Shown: positions 26,811 to 39,470 of the stretch, in pieces
Position numbering within the stretch: position 1 is the first letter of the stretch
Layout: the number at the start of each line of letters is the position of its first letter
Assembly: GCF_000150275.1 (NCBI RefSeq)
Contig: NW_002060949.1
Location: 1,113,836-1,177,835 of the forward strand
Direction: 5' to 3'
DNA from: Trichoplax adhaerens
Lineage: Eukaryota > Animalia > Placozoa
Length of the DNA: 64,000 bases
The notes under the pieces: generated by a model
Database searches by the model: none
What the model saw: the letters and a program-made list of their open reading frames with translations, nothing else
Told to the model about the DNA's origin: nothing
Translations under genes and position numbers: made by a program

Positions 26811-28966
26811 ATGACATCAAGACATCAAGCTGCACTTTCTTTCTTGCACAATATCTCACTGGATGGCACTCGTAATGAATTTGATACACCAATCGTCGAT
26901 GATGATGATAACCAAAACGATCAAGATAATTCTTATGTTGACTCTGTTCAACCGAGTCACGAACTAACTACCAAGATTGAGCAAGTTAATCAACAATCAG
27001 ACGAAAGACAGATAAAACAGACCATGGATCAGAGTAAATTAAAGGACAAGCATCAATTGCGCCTAAGTTATCTAAACCCTATCGCTCTAAGCACTACAAA
27101 ATGCCTACCGTATGCTGTATTCTCTGTCATTCCATATTCTAAAGATAATGCATTGTACGCTATTTCTCATACTCTATTTTTTAGATATCAAAATGTTTGT
27201 CTTACACACTATAGACTATCTCAATATACTCGTATAGTAGAGGTTATACTGTGCTAAAATGATAGGATGAATGAGTCACTTTGAGTAGCAAATAAATTCC
27301 CTTTAAAATGAATCCTTTTTAATCAATTTAACAACATCGTCTTTCGGTATTGTGTTTTCGTCAATAGATTAGATACTTCTATAATCAGACATCGACAATC
27401 GATTACTATGAGACGTTCCTTATCTGATGTTACTCAAAATCTAATTGAACGACCGGTAAGATTTGCATTGGTCATGTCTTTATACTGTGGACTTTGCTAA
27501 TTTTTGAACTACTGTATAAAACGTTCTATAAACTTGTTGAATAATTCTTAACTTGAGCTAAAGTTACCCCTTACTCACAATTAGATTACATGTATTCCAT
27601 CTAATATTCTTACATAAACGCAAGAAATATGCACAATATAAACTGGATTTACTGTACATATCTTGACTTCTACAGGCAATTTCCTACAGGCTACTACTTA
27701 CGCCAAAGGGTAAACAGCAAACATTTAAATCGTTAGAACTCAATTTATCAGCACGATTTAGTAAGTACTACTTCTTGATCTCATTATCCACATTTTTTAA
27801 AGCTATTGTTAATGCTAATGTAATTAAATCTAACGGTAGTATGAAAACAAATACGGAATGCCGATGTTTATATGTAGTTATTGCAGTAAACCTATATGGT
27901 ACATGGTAATGCTAAACAATTTCTATTAATTATAATATAATCAATTAAAACAGGTAATCAATGGTTTCAAGAAGTGCTGGAAGATTCTAACGGCAACATT
28001 CATTATCATCCGAATCTTCTTGATGATCCAGAGCTTCGTACCGGAAAGCACAGAGTGACATTGCGATTACCATCTATGATGGTTAGTATATCAACGAAAT
28101 ATTACAACCATTATGCACCAGTAATTATTAGTTGTTACCTTAACCATGCAAGATTTGACTATTTGTAAACTATTTTAAATATTAGTTATTAGGTCAAGGT
28201 AGTTTTATTATTAATTAATAATAATTGAAGTAAATTGCAGTATCTTGACTTATATAACTTTTCTGTACGAAGCCTTAACGAGACTTTATTACTATTTTCT
28301 TTATGGGTACGACAGTTTTCTGTCTTAGAATATTCTAAAGCTTCCGATATCAAAAAAGATCTCAATGAACGATTCAAGGGAAGATTTCCTACTATAGATC
28401 TGACTTTAAGTAAATTGCGTAGTTTAAAAAGAGAGCTATATCATATTGCGGTGGATTTATGTTCATTAGAAGCAATCACTGTGGCATACGCTTACGTTTA
28501 TTTTGAAAAACTAATATTGAAGGTGCGTATACCACTTATGAACGTTATATTATATTTGGTAAGTCTTATTCCATCTTCAATACTTTATTTCTTCAAGTAC
28601 TTGTTAATATAATGAGATATAAAGTTAAAGAGGTATTTATAATATTATTTCTTAAATCGTTCTACACCTCTGCATTATTAATTATATGTAATTATTATTC
28701 TGTCAACTGTGTAGGGAAAAATTAACAAACCCAACAGAAAGTTAATTTCTGGTGCAACGTTATTACTAGCTATTAAAATGACAGCTGACATTAAGCAAAC
28801 GGAGTTAACAGAAGTTATTGATCAATTACAAGATAGCTTACGAATTAATCGTAAAGATTTAATTGTGTATGAATTTGATTGTTTAGTAGCTTTGGAATTT
28901 TCTTTGGCAGTCCCTCAATCTATCATTGCAGTACATTACCAGCGAATAATACATGAAAATTCATAG
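26811..28966 (+). CDS. CABLES1: CDK5 and ABL1 enzyme substrate (CABLES), about 367 aa, 6 coding exons
   Basis: Exons 26811-27154, 27368-27455, 27676-27760, 27954-28081, 28316-28522, 28715-28966 in frame. N-terminal QAALSFLHNISLDG, YHPNLLDDPELRTGKHR, and cyclin-like box LTLSKLRSLKRE...AYVYFEKLILKGKINKPNRKL...LVALEFSL. CABLES1 vs 2 not distinguishable. Confidence 0.92.
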
Positions 28967-30578
28967 CGTCATGTTTTCAGTCCTAGACAGTAAAAGTATT
29001 TGATATTATCTATGAACACCAGTTTATAACGTACTGGAGTTTGATACTAATTGTATAGTTAACTCTCTATCGTAAAACGATCCAATGTAAATTACTGAAA
29101 TATAAAAATTATAAAACGATTTTATATAAAAGTATTATTGGTAATTAACCAGCCAATCGTACATTTTGATAGTTAATTATCAGCATCATCTTCGATTTTT
29201 TTCTACCAAATGTTTAATCAATAATAATTTCTTGTGAAGAACATTTCATTGCTAATAAACTTACACTGTGATGAGATTTCATTTTTACTTTCATATGAAA
29301 TGAGAAAGCTATGATACTGTAGTCTTCTCATATAATAGACTACTGTAACTGAATGAGGTAAAATTAACTTTTGTCTGTTACAGTATAGATTTTCGCATTT
29401 TCGTAAAGGAATACTCTAGAATGAAAATGTATGTGTAGGATAATCAAAAAGGAAAATAAATGTAAACTACTAGCTACTACAATACTTTAATACCTACTGC
29501 ATATACATGTAGATTTTCTAATTGAAATTGTACATATCCTATATCTTACGCATCTAAACTACACAACGATCATCTTGCAAAGCGGCAATCTACAAATCAA
29601 TACTTAGCTTCGGATTAAAGCTTGCTCTAATCATCGGGCAGTTTTAATATTAAAATCATACTCCGCTGTAATGGTAATATATGAGGTTTATAATAGATTC
29701 AAGAGTTCCTCCTTTACTTATATGTCTAATACTACGGTTAGGATTCCGCCACAAATCCCAGGTTGGCTACAAATAATGTTTATCAGTTTGAGGGCTAATT
29801 TTGATCAGAATAATTTAATAATACTGCAGTTGCTAAGATCCAACTGATATTCTTTAAACAACATACGTTAATCTGCTTTCAACTTATAATCTAACATGAA
29901 TCTTTACTAAATATTTACAATATTCAAGCAAGTTACAAATCCAATCGGACGGCATCATTATCACACAATTTATTATTTTATTAATAAAGTCATCAATAAT
30001 TAAAATTTTCTACTAATAAGTTATTTAGTGTTAGTTCGAACCGTTAATACTTGGCATTATAGCTAACACTAAACACCGCTTTGGTACTTTTGCATGATAG
30101 TTCTGGAATGATTAATGATTCTAATAATAGAAAATAGTCATATTAAACGAGCAGCTTTATACATCTGATTAAATAATTGTAGTATAACCAGTGATATCAT
30201 TTACAGTTTTTAACAAGCAAGATTACGTAGATAACACAGTAACTATCTTATGTTGGTTGGGTTTAGAATGGTTTTTCATAAGTAGACTGTTACTTCAACT
30301 TGATTATACATCTCGTAAAGCATTTTTAATAGGCACGTAACTGATAAAATAAGACTGTAATCCTTAATGACATATCTGAGAGGAAATAGACTCTACTTAG
30401 CACATACAGTACAGTAGAATAAGTATAGCACTAATTTAGTTTATACAGAAACTAGAGATCAAGTTTATTGGTAACTTTAATTTATTTGAAGAAATAAAGC
30501 TCGTTTAATTGATTACCGGTACGCCTTGAGGGTATACGCGTCTATTTACAGTATATGGAATCAACTCAATCGTTCAAG

Positions 30579-31841
30579 CTATTGCACAGTTATTTCGAGT
30601 AATTTACCGTTTTCCGAACAATTATTATTAGTTTTACTAGTTACATCATGATTACAATTAATAGTTGAGTTCTGACTGCAACTGAGGTCACGATCATTCA
30701 ATAGTGAACTCTCGCTAAATGTATTGGAATCATCATCAAGATTGCCTACCACATCGAGATGATCATTTTCGAATAGAAAAACACCGGATCGTTTGGTGCC
30801 AAATTTCTTTCTAGCTTTCTGCCAGATATACCTACCCAAGATAACCGTATAATGCAAAAATGCACTTAAAAAACCATGCAGAAATACCCATAAACCACCG
30901 ACGTAAGCAAAAACTGTAATAAAAGTTAATATACCAATGTTATAGTTAAATGTGCAGAATGCGCTCTTGTCGGCAATATCGGCTGATATTGGATGATAGC
31001 AGTGTAGCGCTATATTGGATGCATTATCAGCGCATCGTTTCAATTCTGCATCAACACATTGATCACATAAGTAGCATTGAACAGATGGAGTTACTTGGCA
31101 TAAGAGTGAAATTTTCCACAAAGATTCAACGCATACCCAGGAAATATATAACCGACTAGTCCAAAAGATAAGACAAGTTGATGTAACCACAAATAATGCT
31201 ACTAAATTCCAGATAACATGAGCATTGCTATAGGTATACAGGGGAAAATGTGCTTTAAATTTAAAAGGTAATCGTCGCCTTTTAGTGAGGAATGTTGTTA
31301 AAACTAGGGCCATAGTAAAAGAAATGGAATAGATTTGTACAAAAATACCATTGAAACGAGTTTTAAAATATTTCCAGTCGAAATCGTGCTGATTCCATAA
31401 ATTAATATATAGATAGATGAGAGTAGTAAAAATTAATGAAATTGTCATTAACCAACTTGATCGACCAGTAAAGCGATTCCAAGAGCACACACCAAAGTAG
31501 AAGAAGAAAAAGAGCAATATTGGAGCGTCAGTAAATCGTCTAAATGTGTTGTCTGATTGTAGAAATTCTCGAACAAATATTCGCTCAGGTAATTCATGAT
31601 TGGCTAAGGCATCAAAAAGTGGCCGGCGACGTATAAATTCAATCATACCAACAACAACAAAAGTAAGGGCTATGGATGCATGAAGGCATTGCGAAATAAA
31701 TCGAATACTTCTACAGTCCCGTAAAGATCGGACAGGATAACAGCAACCAAGTTGAGACCATAGGCTCGGACGATGTTGTTGATTTCGATCATCATTGATT
31801 GAATTGATGCAGTCGGAGTCTGTGGTTAGCGTAACGGACAT
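30579..31841 (-). CDS. Uncharacterised single-exon multi-pass membrane protein, 420 aa, about 6 TM segments, Cys-rich loop
   Basis: 1263-nt uninterrupted ORF in AT-rich DNA with about six hydrophobic segments, an 8-Cys loop and an acidic Ser/Asn-rich tail; head-to-head with DDX31. No family recognised. Confidence 0.8.
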   Translation of the reverse strand: MSVTLTTDSDCINSINDDRNQQHRPSLWSQLGCCYPVRSLRDCRSIRFISQCLHASIALTFVVVGMIEFIRRRPLFDALANHELPERIFVREFLQSDNTFRRFTDAPILLFFFFYFGVCSWNRFTGRSSWLMTISLIFTTLIYLYINLWNQHDFDWKYFKTRFNGIFVQIYSISFTMALVLTTFLTKRRRLPFKFKAHFPLYTYSNAHVIWNLVALFVVTSTCLIFWTSRLYISWVCVESLWKISLLCQVTPSVQCYLCDQCVDAELKRCADNASNIALHCYHPISADIADKSAFCTFNYNIGILTFITVFAYVGGLWVFLHGFLSAFLHYTVILGRYIWQKARKKFGTKRSGVFLFENDHLDVVGNLDDDSNTFSESSLLNDRDLSCSQNSTINCNHDVTSKTNNNCSENGKLLEITVQ

Positions 31842-32481
31842 GATGAATGACTAACTACTAACAAGGACGAAGCGTTAATCTTAATATAACAAGTGCTACA
31901 TATATTCCATTCATTCATCGATGTCTACAAATAAGTTATGATTTTCAATGGAAAGGGCCATATCAGTCTCTCCAAGACGATGGTATGATTAGCAATGGTC
32001 AAAGCGATTTTGGGCTTGGAAAATTGTTCTAAATTGCGTAGATATCCTTAGCAAATCCACGATACGACAGTGTTGGATCGGTGTATCGTAGAATATACTT
32101 TTTCCTCGTTTAAACTCGCTTCAATTCTCAACAGCGAAGACTATCCGTGGATTAAATCTGCCATCAAAATTTGATATCACTCAATCAGGCTCAATTATTC
32201 GGATCTTGGTTGAAGATGGGAAGCGATGAATGACATCATTCAGTAATTAAGTAATAAATAAACAAACAACTGGCTCCAGAAGAACAACAAGTTACCAATG
32301 CCATTCGTCGGTGGCATTCCGTCGTCGTTCTCATTAATCCGATAATTCCTCTATTAATCTACATTTATTAAACCCAAATAGAGGGTCTCTAAGTAACGGT
32401 ATTCAGTAGAAGTTATTGCGTAATACACGACGCCGCAGCGCGGTACAGTACCGGTTCCCAATGTTTGTTACGTAAGCCAGA

Positions 32482-32488
32482 GGGGCGG
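32482..32488 (+). promoter_or_regulatory. GC box (Sp/KLF-type) in a GC-rich patch of the bidirectional promoter
   Basis: GGGGCGG in a locally GC-rich segment between two divergent genes; adjacent palindrome TTACGTAA at 32468-32475. Confidence 0.35.
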
Positions 32489-32569
32489 ACGGACGACCAG
32501 TGGCCATTGAGTGTAAATTAATGAGCAGGCTTACTATTTTCTGGTCATTCCACTATACGCTACCACTGA

Positions 32570-33170
32570 AACCATACTGTATACCACACTGTACAAAACC
32601 AACTCAGCCGCTATACTGTACTGTGTACAGCATTTGGATGAAAATCGTGGACAGAATGTGGACAGTACAGTATACTGTACTGTACACTGTAATTAGGAGT
32701 ACTGTACACTTTGTCACGGACCACTGGAAGGAAATACTTACAACAGGTACAGGCCAGGCCGTACTGTACTGTACAGCTGAGCACCTTTAGGGTCATACAG
32801 TAGAGCTCTGGATACTTTGTTACGGACTACTGGAAGGGAATAAATACTTACAGCAGGTAGTGTACAGTACTGTACACTGTAACAGTACAGTACTGTACTG
32901 TACTGTACAGCTGAGCACCTTTGGGATCATACTGTGTACAGTACACTTTGTCACGGACCACTGGAAGGAAATACTTGCAGCATGTAGTGTACACTGTACT
33001 GTGTACAGTACACTGTACTGTAACAGCTGAGCACCTTTGGGATCATACTGTACCGTACAGTACAGTACAGCACAGTAGAACTCTGTGCACTTTGTCACGG
33101 ACCACTGGAAGGAAATACTCACAGCAGGTACAGCTGAGCACCTTTGGGATCATACTGTAGAGTAGAGCTC
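32570..33170. repeat. Four-unit composite array with variable TACAG filler immediately upstream of DDX31
   Basis: Anchor A CTTTGTCACGGACCACTGGAAGGAAATACT at 32709, 32815, 32946, 33090; anchor B CAGCTGAGCACCTTTGGGATCATAC at 32774, 32908, 33024, 33131; A-to-B spacing 65, 93, 78, 41 bp, the difference being mostly TACAG/CTGTA words. Ends about 60 bp before the DDX31 ATG. Confidence 0.92.
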
Positions 33171-33228
33171 CATCTGGATTGCACAGGAACCGCCAGTCAG
33201 TCTACAGTCAAGAAATCTGCAAATCGTC

Positions 33229-36200
33229 ATGGCCGAAGAAGGTGATTGCGCTAATTTATTACTCAATATCACCTGTAATCCATCACCAATGGTAACAACA
33301 GCTGATCCTACAAGAAAGAAAGACAAATCCAAGGTGTAGTAGTTGGATGTATTAAGCTGTAGCTTTAAAGTAAGAGTGGCCATTGAATGAATCCACGTGA
33401 ATTCATTCATGGCAATCTGCATTGATACAACTAGAATATCATAGACTAATTGAAATCATTCAATCAGTGAAAAAAAATCTCGAAGAATAGCATTATAATT
33501 AGAAATTTGATTAATTCTTACTCCAAGTCAATGCTATCAAGAATGCATTGATAGTAAGATAGAGTGGAAATTGAACAGTTCTATTCTGTTACTATGAATT
33601 ATTAATTAATGAATTAATTTGTAGACACCGATCCACTGTCATCCACCAGTTGATTCATTCACTTGCATTGATACAACGGAGTGTCCTTGGTTATGCCTAT
33701 ACCCATGTGGGTATTTTCTAGTAGTTTATGGTAGAATCTACCTTATCTACCTCCACAGTAGGCTTCAACGCACGCGGATACATCTATCAATTGCAATAAT
33801 GTACTTGATCTACTCTTGAAAATAGCAGAATAATCTGAATAGAACGATGTACGGTATTCTTGATAATAAAGACACTGCACAACATAGCTTAGTCAGCAGT
33901 TCGTTCTTCATGCAATGCTTCAGATATCCTGCCCTTTATGGCTCACGTAGACGATCAAATTCATATAGTAAGAAATTTGACTCAATGAAAGTCGATGCTA
34001 TGAAGCCAAGAATAAATCATAGCCAAGTAGCTTAGATCTCCAATATAATGGATTATTTTATTTTAAGCCTAAAATTACTGTAATGCTTGAGTTGATTCAT
34101 TCATACTTGTAAGCGTGTATAAACTTTAAAAAATACTATTCCTCTGGACAACCCTTTAGTTGATTCATTCATGCTTAGAGAATACTATTCCACTGTACAA
34201 TCCTTTAGTTGATTCATTGGAGGCCATACAATTGCAGTACGAGTATGTCATAGCTTCTGCTAGAGTTACGATGTAGCGCTATAATGCAGTGCATTTAAGT
34301 ACTACAGCACTTCATCGTGCTATTCAGTGCAGTAATTGATTCATTCTAGATCATACAGTTACGTCTATTATTTATAACTAACATTTGCCATGCAGAGGTA
34401 TGATACAGCTAATTCCACTTTGAAATTCTTGTAGTCATTACGTTGATTGATGCTAAGTTATGAATTGCAATATCTAGGCATTTCTAGTCAGATTTAACAC
34501 ATCAGCCACAGTCAATATTTGATTATTTCCAAAGGATTATGATGGCTTAAACATTAGTATAGCTATATCACGCCAACACGTAGAAGCTATCCATAACTAG
34601 GAATTAAGTACACTCAGGCAGCTACAAATATACGTATGTCTTAACTATGCTAGGACGATTGATGTAATAATTGTAAAATTTATTAACGGCCGTAGTATTA
34701 TGATGTCAGTCGATCAAGCAGAAGTCATTTAGGTTTATTATATTCATACTGTAAATAACAATACAGTAATGTATGCACTTGTAGATCGTAACAACATTTT
34801 TGATTGGATCTAGGACGATTAATGGAATAAATCTGAAAGCCTATTAGTACTCAAGCTGGACAATTTTATCGGCGTAGATATTAATTTCAATTTCGTGTTC
34901 TGTGATTGATGAATAGGGTAGTAAAAGAGTTCGAACAAACAAAATGGTCACTAAACAACAAGACGTAGCAAAAACACGAACGACCATAGACACATCCAAT
35001 TTTAAAAGAAAATTAACAGACAATTCTTCTCGGGAAGATATGAACAAGGGAACTGTTCAATCCACTAAATGGGTAGGTCAATTACAGATTAGCTTGGTCA
35101 ATTCTTGGTAGAATATTGGTATAATTAACAGTCAGTATCAGATCTTGATATGATTAATCTATAATAACAATTTAGCCTAAGCATCGAGCGATTTCCTTGG
35201 TCTATAGATATTGTAATAGCAGCAGAATGATTGCTTGGTACTTGACACTATTCTTAGTTCGATATTTTAAGTGAACTAATATTACACCAAATAGAATTCA
35301 ATCCATTAAATAATTTATTAATTAAATGTATATACCAAAATGACATCAGATAAAATGATTACAATTAGTGCATAGATCACTAATTTCACTTATTTAATTC
35401 AATTTATAGATTTCTTCACTATTTACCAATAATCCAGAAATACCTCAAGTACAACGGTAATTATAATACACCTCTACCTGTGTCCTCAGAAAATTGAATT
35501 AAAAATGGTTATTTATATAATCTATGTTCTGTAAAATAATCATCAATAAATACGACCGTATACAGTCATTTCATCCTATCATTCTATCGTAGTTCGAAGA
35601 AGCTTAAAACTCATCATCAAGTCTTTACTGACGTCGAATTTACAAACGTCGCGCTATCACCCAGATTGGTAGGTAACGTATAACACAATCTTAAAATATA
35701 CATGTTAAAATATTTAACAGTAAATTACTAATGAGTTATATTTATTTACTAGCAATCATTTCTTGTGTAATTAGATATATAACTAATTATTTTACGATAT
35801 ACTTGAAAGCAGAAATTACATATTACTGCGTTACTTACTGTAATAAACTATGTGCAAATTGTACTATGCATTTCGTAGACAACTTTTTTCGTTACCCTGT
35901 AGGTATCACATTTAGAACAACACTTCCATTATCAGAAAATGACATGGTAAAATTTGTGACGTTAATACCAGTGTTCAACACTGCCTCATACACAAACTTT
36001 GATACCTTATTATTATAACAACTTACCTTAATAACTTAAAGTAATTAGCTACCGACCAATACCATTTGATATTCTTTTAGTGTACAAAGAAAAGCGATAC
36101 CGTCAATACTAAATGGACGTGATTGTCTTATCCAATCACAGACTGGAACAGGTACAATTTCTTGACGAAATAAATGATATATTTGCTATCTATAAATTGA

Positions 36201-39200
36201 CCTTATTGTTTGTTAGGAAAAACAATTGCATATGCTGTACCTATTGTCAACAAATTACAAGAACTTGAACCTAAAATTCAGGTACGAATACTTCTCTTAA
36301 TCCTTCGTCACGGTTTAACTTTTACCCTGCCGCCTCAATCCCTACTATTAATAATTAATATGATGCAATTTATTCTAGAGATCTGATGGCCCATATGCTC
36401 TAATACTCTTACCAACTCGTGAGGTTAATCATATACGAGTATATTTTTTCAAATTTGTGCATAAATGATTTTGTAGGATATCAGTTCTGGTACTGGTTTA
36501 ATAACAATGTATTATAATGATTGAATTAAAAACCATAAATTTTCCGAAACTAAAATTTTTTTTCTTTTTAATCCTTTCAATATAATATAGCTGGCTTTAC
36601 AAACAATGACCATTTTTAATAAATTACTGAAGGTGTGAAACTATTCTAATATTTATGATAATTTACTATGTGCTTCTTACAAAATGAGCTTTCGTGAATT
36701 AGACATTTTGCTGGATTGTACCTGGCTGTGTCACAGGCGGAGAAAAAAAAAAGTCTGAAAAAGCAAGGTAGGCACATTGACTATTTGAATGTAACATTAA
36801 TTTTATGATATGGCTATATGTAATGTATTTTTATTCTATTAAATATCGCTAATCGTTAAATTGCTTACACTCTAAGAATTCGTAAAGGTATCAATGTGCT
36901 GATTTCAACTCCAGGAAGGCTCATAGATCATATTAAGGTTTAAAATTAAAGATGAAAATATTTATATACATCAAAGTAATTTATCTATGTTGGCCGTAAT
37001 AACACATATGCCTCATAAACGTAGAATACGCAATGTCTACAACTTGATAACATAAAATGGTTGGTTTTAGACGAATGTGACAGGTTAATAACAAAAATTT
37101 GGCAGTTATTAGAGGCGAAATTGATACTCTTCTTTGTTTTTGCAAGAACATTTGGTAATAATTTTTCATTTTAAACTTATAATGCAGATTGTTAGATTTG
37201 GGCTTTAAAGAAGACATAAACACCATGCTTACTGCTTTAAATGCAGGGAGTGGACAAAGACAAACAATCCTTGTTTCGGCTACCTTAACAGCAGGTAGAA
37301 GCCTTAGTATTTATAAATGATTGTACCTTCAAGAAAGCAATACAAATCGGCAATATAATTTTTATCGGCCATAGTAAACAGTTAAATATATCTTGCAGGG
37401 GTGCAACAACTTGCTCGTTTGGCCTTGCAAGATTCTTGTTATATCGATGCTACCAGCACCATACCGGAAGATGAATATAACGCAACTACGATACCGGTAA
37501 CACTAGCGAATGTTTAAGCTACCCTTATAGTTATCGTATCTGTTACATGGAATAAAATTTCAATCTACATGGATACAATTTTTTAGAGTGATTCCGTGCA
37601 TCAAATACCTAGCGAATTACAGCAACATTATGTTGTTATACCTGCAAAATTAAGATTAATCTCACTTATATCATTCTTTATTCATAGCCATAAGGTAAAA
37701 TTATTATTATAATAATTATCACTAAAAGAGTGCTGTAGTGATATGATAACGGCTTACAAGAAACTTGTTTAAATTTTATAGAAGAACAAAAAAACGAAAT
37801 CGATAGTGTTCTTATCAACTTGTGATTCGGTGAACTTTTATTATAACATTTTAAACGAATTTTTGCCGAGATTCTTAACAAATGAGATTGAGATTTCAAA
37901 GTTACATGGTAATATTTCTCAAAAGGTAAGTTTTTAACCTCACAAGATTATTTCTTTTATCTCTGTTGTGTTCTAATTTATATAAATTTGTGATTTAATC
38001 TACGTGTTGTCCACTTAATACATACAATATGTGGTGTAGGAGCGGACGTCAACGTATAATAACTTCTGTAGGGCAAACCAGGGTATTTTATTAACGACGG
38101 TGCGGATCCATAGATTTATTATCGTACCATTTTTGACTGTATACAATCAAAACGATACGTTCAATTATGCTAAATCAGTAACATTTTTGTTCACATTAAC
38201 ATATTAATGTAAAAATGCTCAGGACGTTGCTGCTCGTGGACTAGATATTCCTGATATCGATTGGGTTTTACAGGTATTACAATATTTGTATATTCGTCGT
38301 AATTGAAACTTACGTTAAATCCTTGAAATAAGTAACAGGTATTCCGACAATTGTCTTAACTATTTATAGTATAATCCGCCTATTCAAGTTACCGATTATC
38401 TTCATCGAATCGGTCGTACTGCTAGAATTGGTTATAAGGGAAAATCCTTACTAGTTTTACTTCCATCGGAGGTATACAGCTCTTGGATAAATAAATATGG
38501 GAAATAAAACTTAGGCGTAACTATGATCTAATACTCGTTTGTAGTTTATTTCAAGTTCTTCACTATGAAGGGATCTGGTTGTCATACTGTATACATGTTT
38601 AACCTTCTTGATAAGCAAACGTTTAAGCCTGTTTAGATTTATTTAAGACTTAAAAATATTGTATATTAGGTTGATTTTGTGCATGAAATAACGAAGAAAT
38701 GTGATTCTAGGTACTTTTAATCTTCATTAAAATCTGATGAAAATTTTCTGCTATTTACATAAGCAATTTCTAAATCGCTGATTTTTATTGTAAAGCTTTA
38801 CAGAAATCGGAATGGACCAACTGTTAATTAGTCTAATACCACCGAAAAGAAAAAATATGGTATAATTGATACTGAACAAAGCATATGGATATCTTTATGT
38901 TACATTATTGCCTTGATCATATTGAACGTTAGAAGTAATAAACTAGCCCACAAGTGTAAACCTACATTAGCAATAATTATAATTATCTTTAATTAATACT
39001 GTAGTAAAAAGCCATATGCGTACATAATTACCTAAGTTCACCATTTAAATCTCTCGACTGCAGTTGAAATAATTGACAATATTTTCGTCAAAATGAATTT
39101 AACACTCAATGCTCCTTAAATACTTGTAGTCTTATCAGCTAGCTGCATCAGATTTGCAGATGTCAATCGAAAATTTTGTTAATTCATCGGCTGAACGTAA

Positions 39201-39470
39201 GACTCAAGCTATCTCTGGTAATTATATTATCACTGTATGGTGGATGATTCTAAGATATTGCCTTTGAATCATCTTACTTATCACAATCTTTCTTTCACAG
39301 CCTATCAATCTTACATTCGTGCCTATGGAACCTTCTCTAAATCTCTGAAATTCATTTTCCATGTAAGAAATCTACATTTAGGCCATTTGGCGAAGAGTTT
39401 TGGACTACAAGAAGCACCATCTAAGATCAAACACCAAATTATTACTAATCCGGTAAAAAAAAGAAGGTAA
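33229..39470 (+). CDS. DDX31: DEAD-box RNA helicase DDX31/Dbp7, about 23 coding exons
   Basis: First exon 33229-33333 ([14 protein letters not shown]), then [109 protein letters not shown], and C-terminal AYQSYIRAY...[16 protein letters not shown]. All introns GT-AG. The 3' end could extend via AG|GTAAAG at 39466. Confidence 0.93.
33648..34346 (+). repeat. Five copies of TTGATTCATT and a 49-bp local duplication in DDX31 intron 1
   Basis: AGTTGATTCATT at 33648, 34090, 34158, 34207 and TTGATTCATTC at 34336; AATACTATTCCWCTGKACAAYCCTTTAGTTGATTCATT duplicated at about 34132 and 34181. Confidence 0.65.

Noticed and set aside
32709-33170. CRISPR-like repeat-spacer array
   Set aside because: Spacers are low-complexity TACAG filler of unequal length, two alternating anchors are present, there are no cas genes and the context is an intron-rich animal genome.
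33150-33422. 90-aa minus-strand ORF
   Set aside because: Antisense to DDX31 exon 1; no recognisable protein features.
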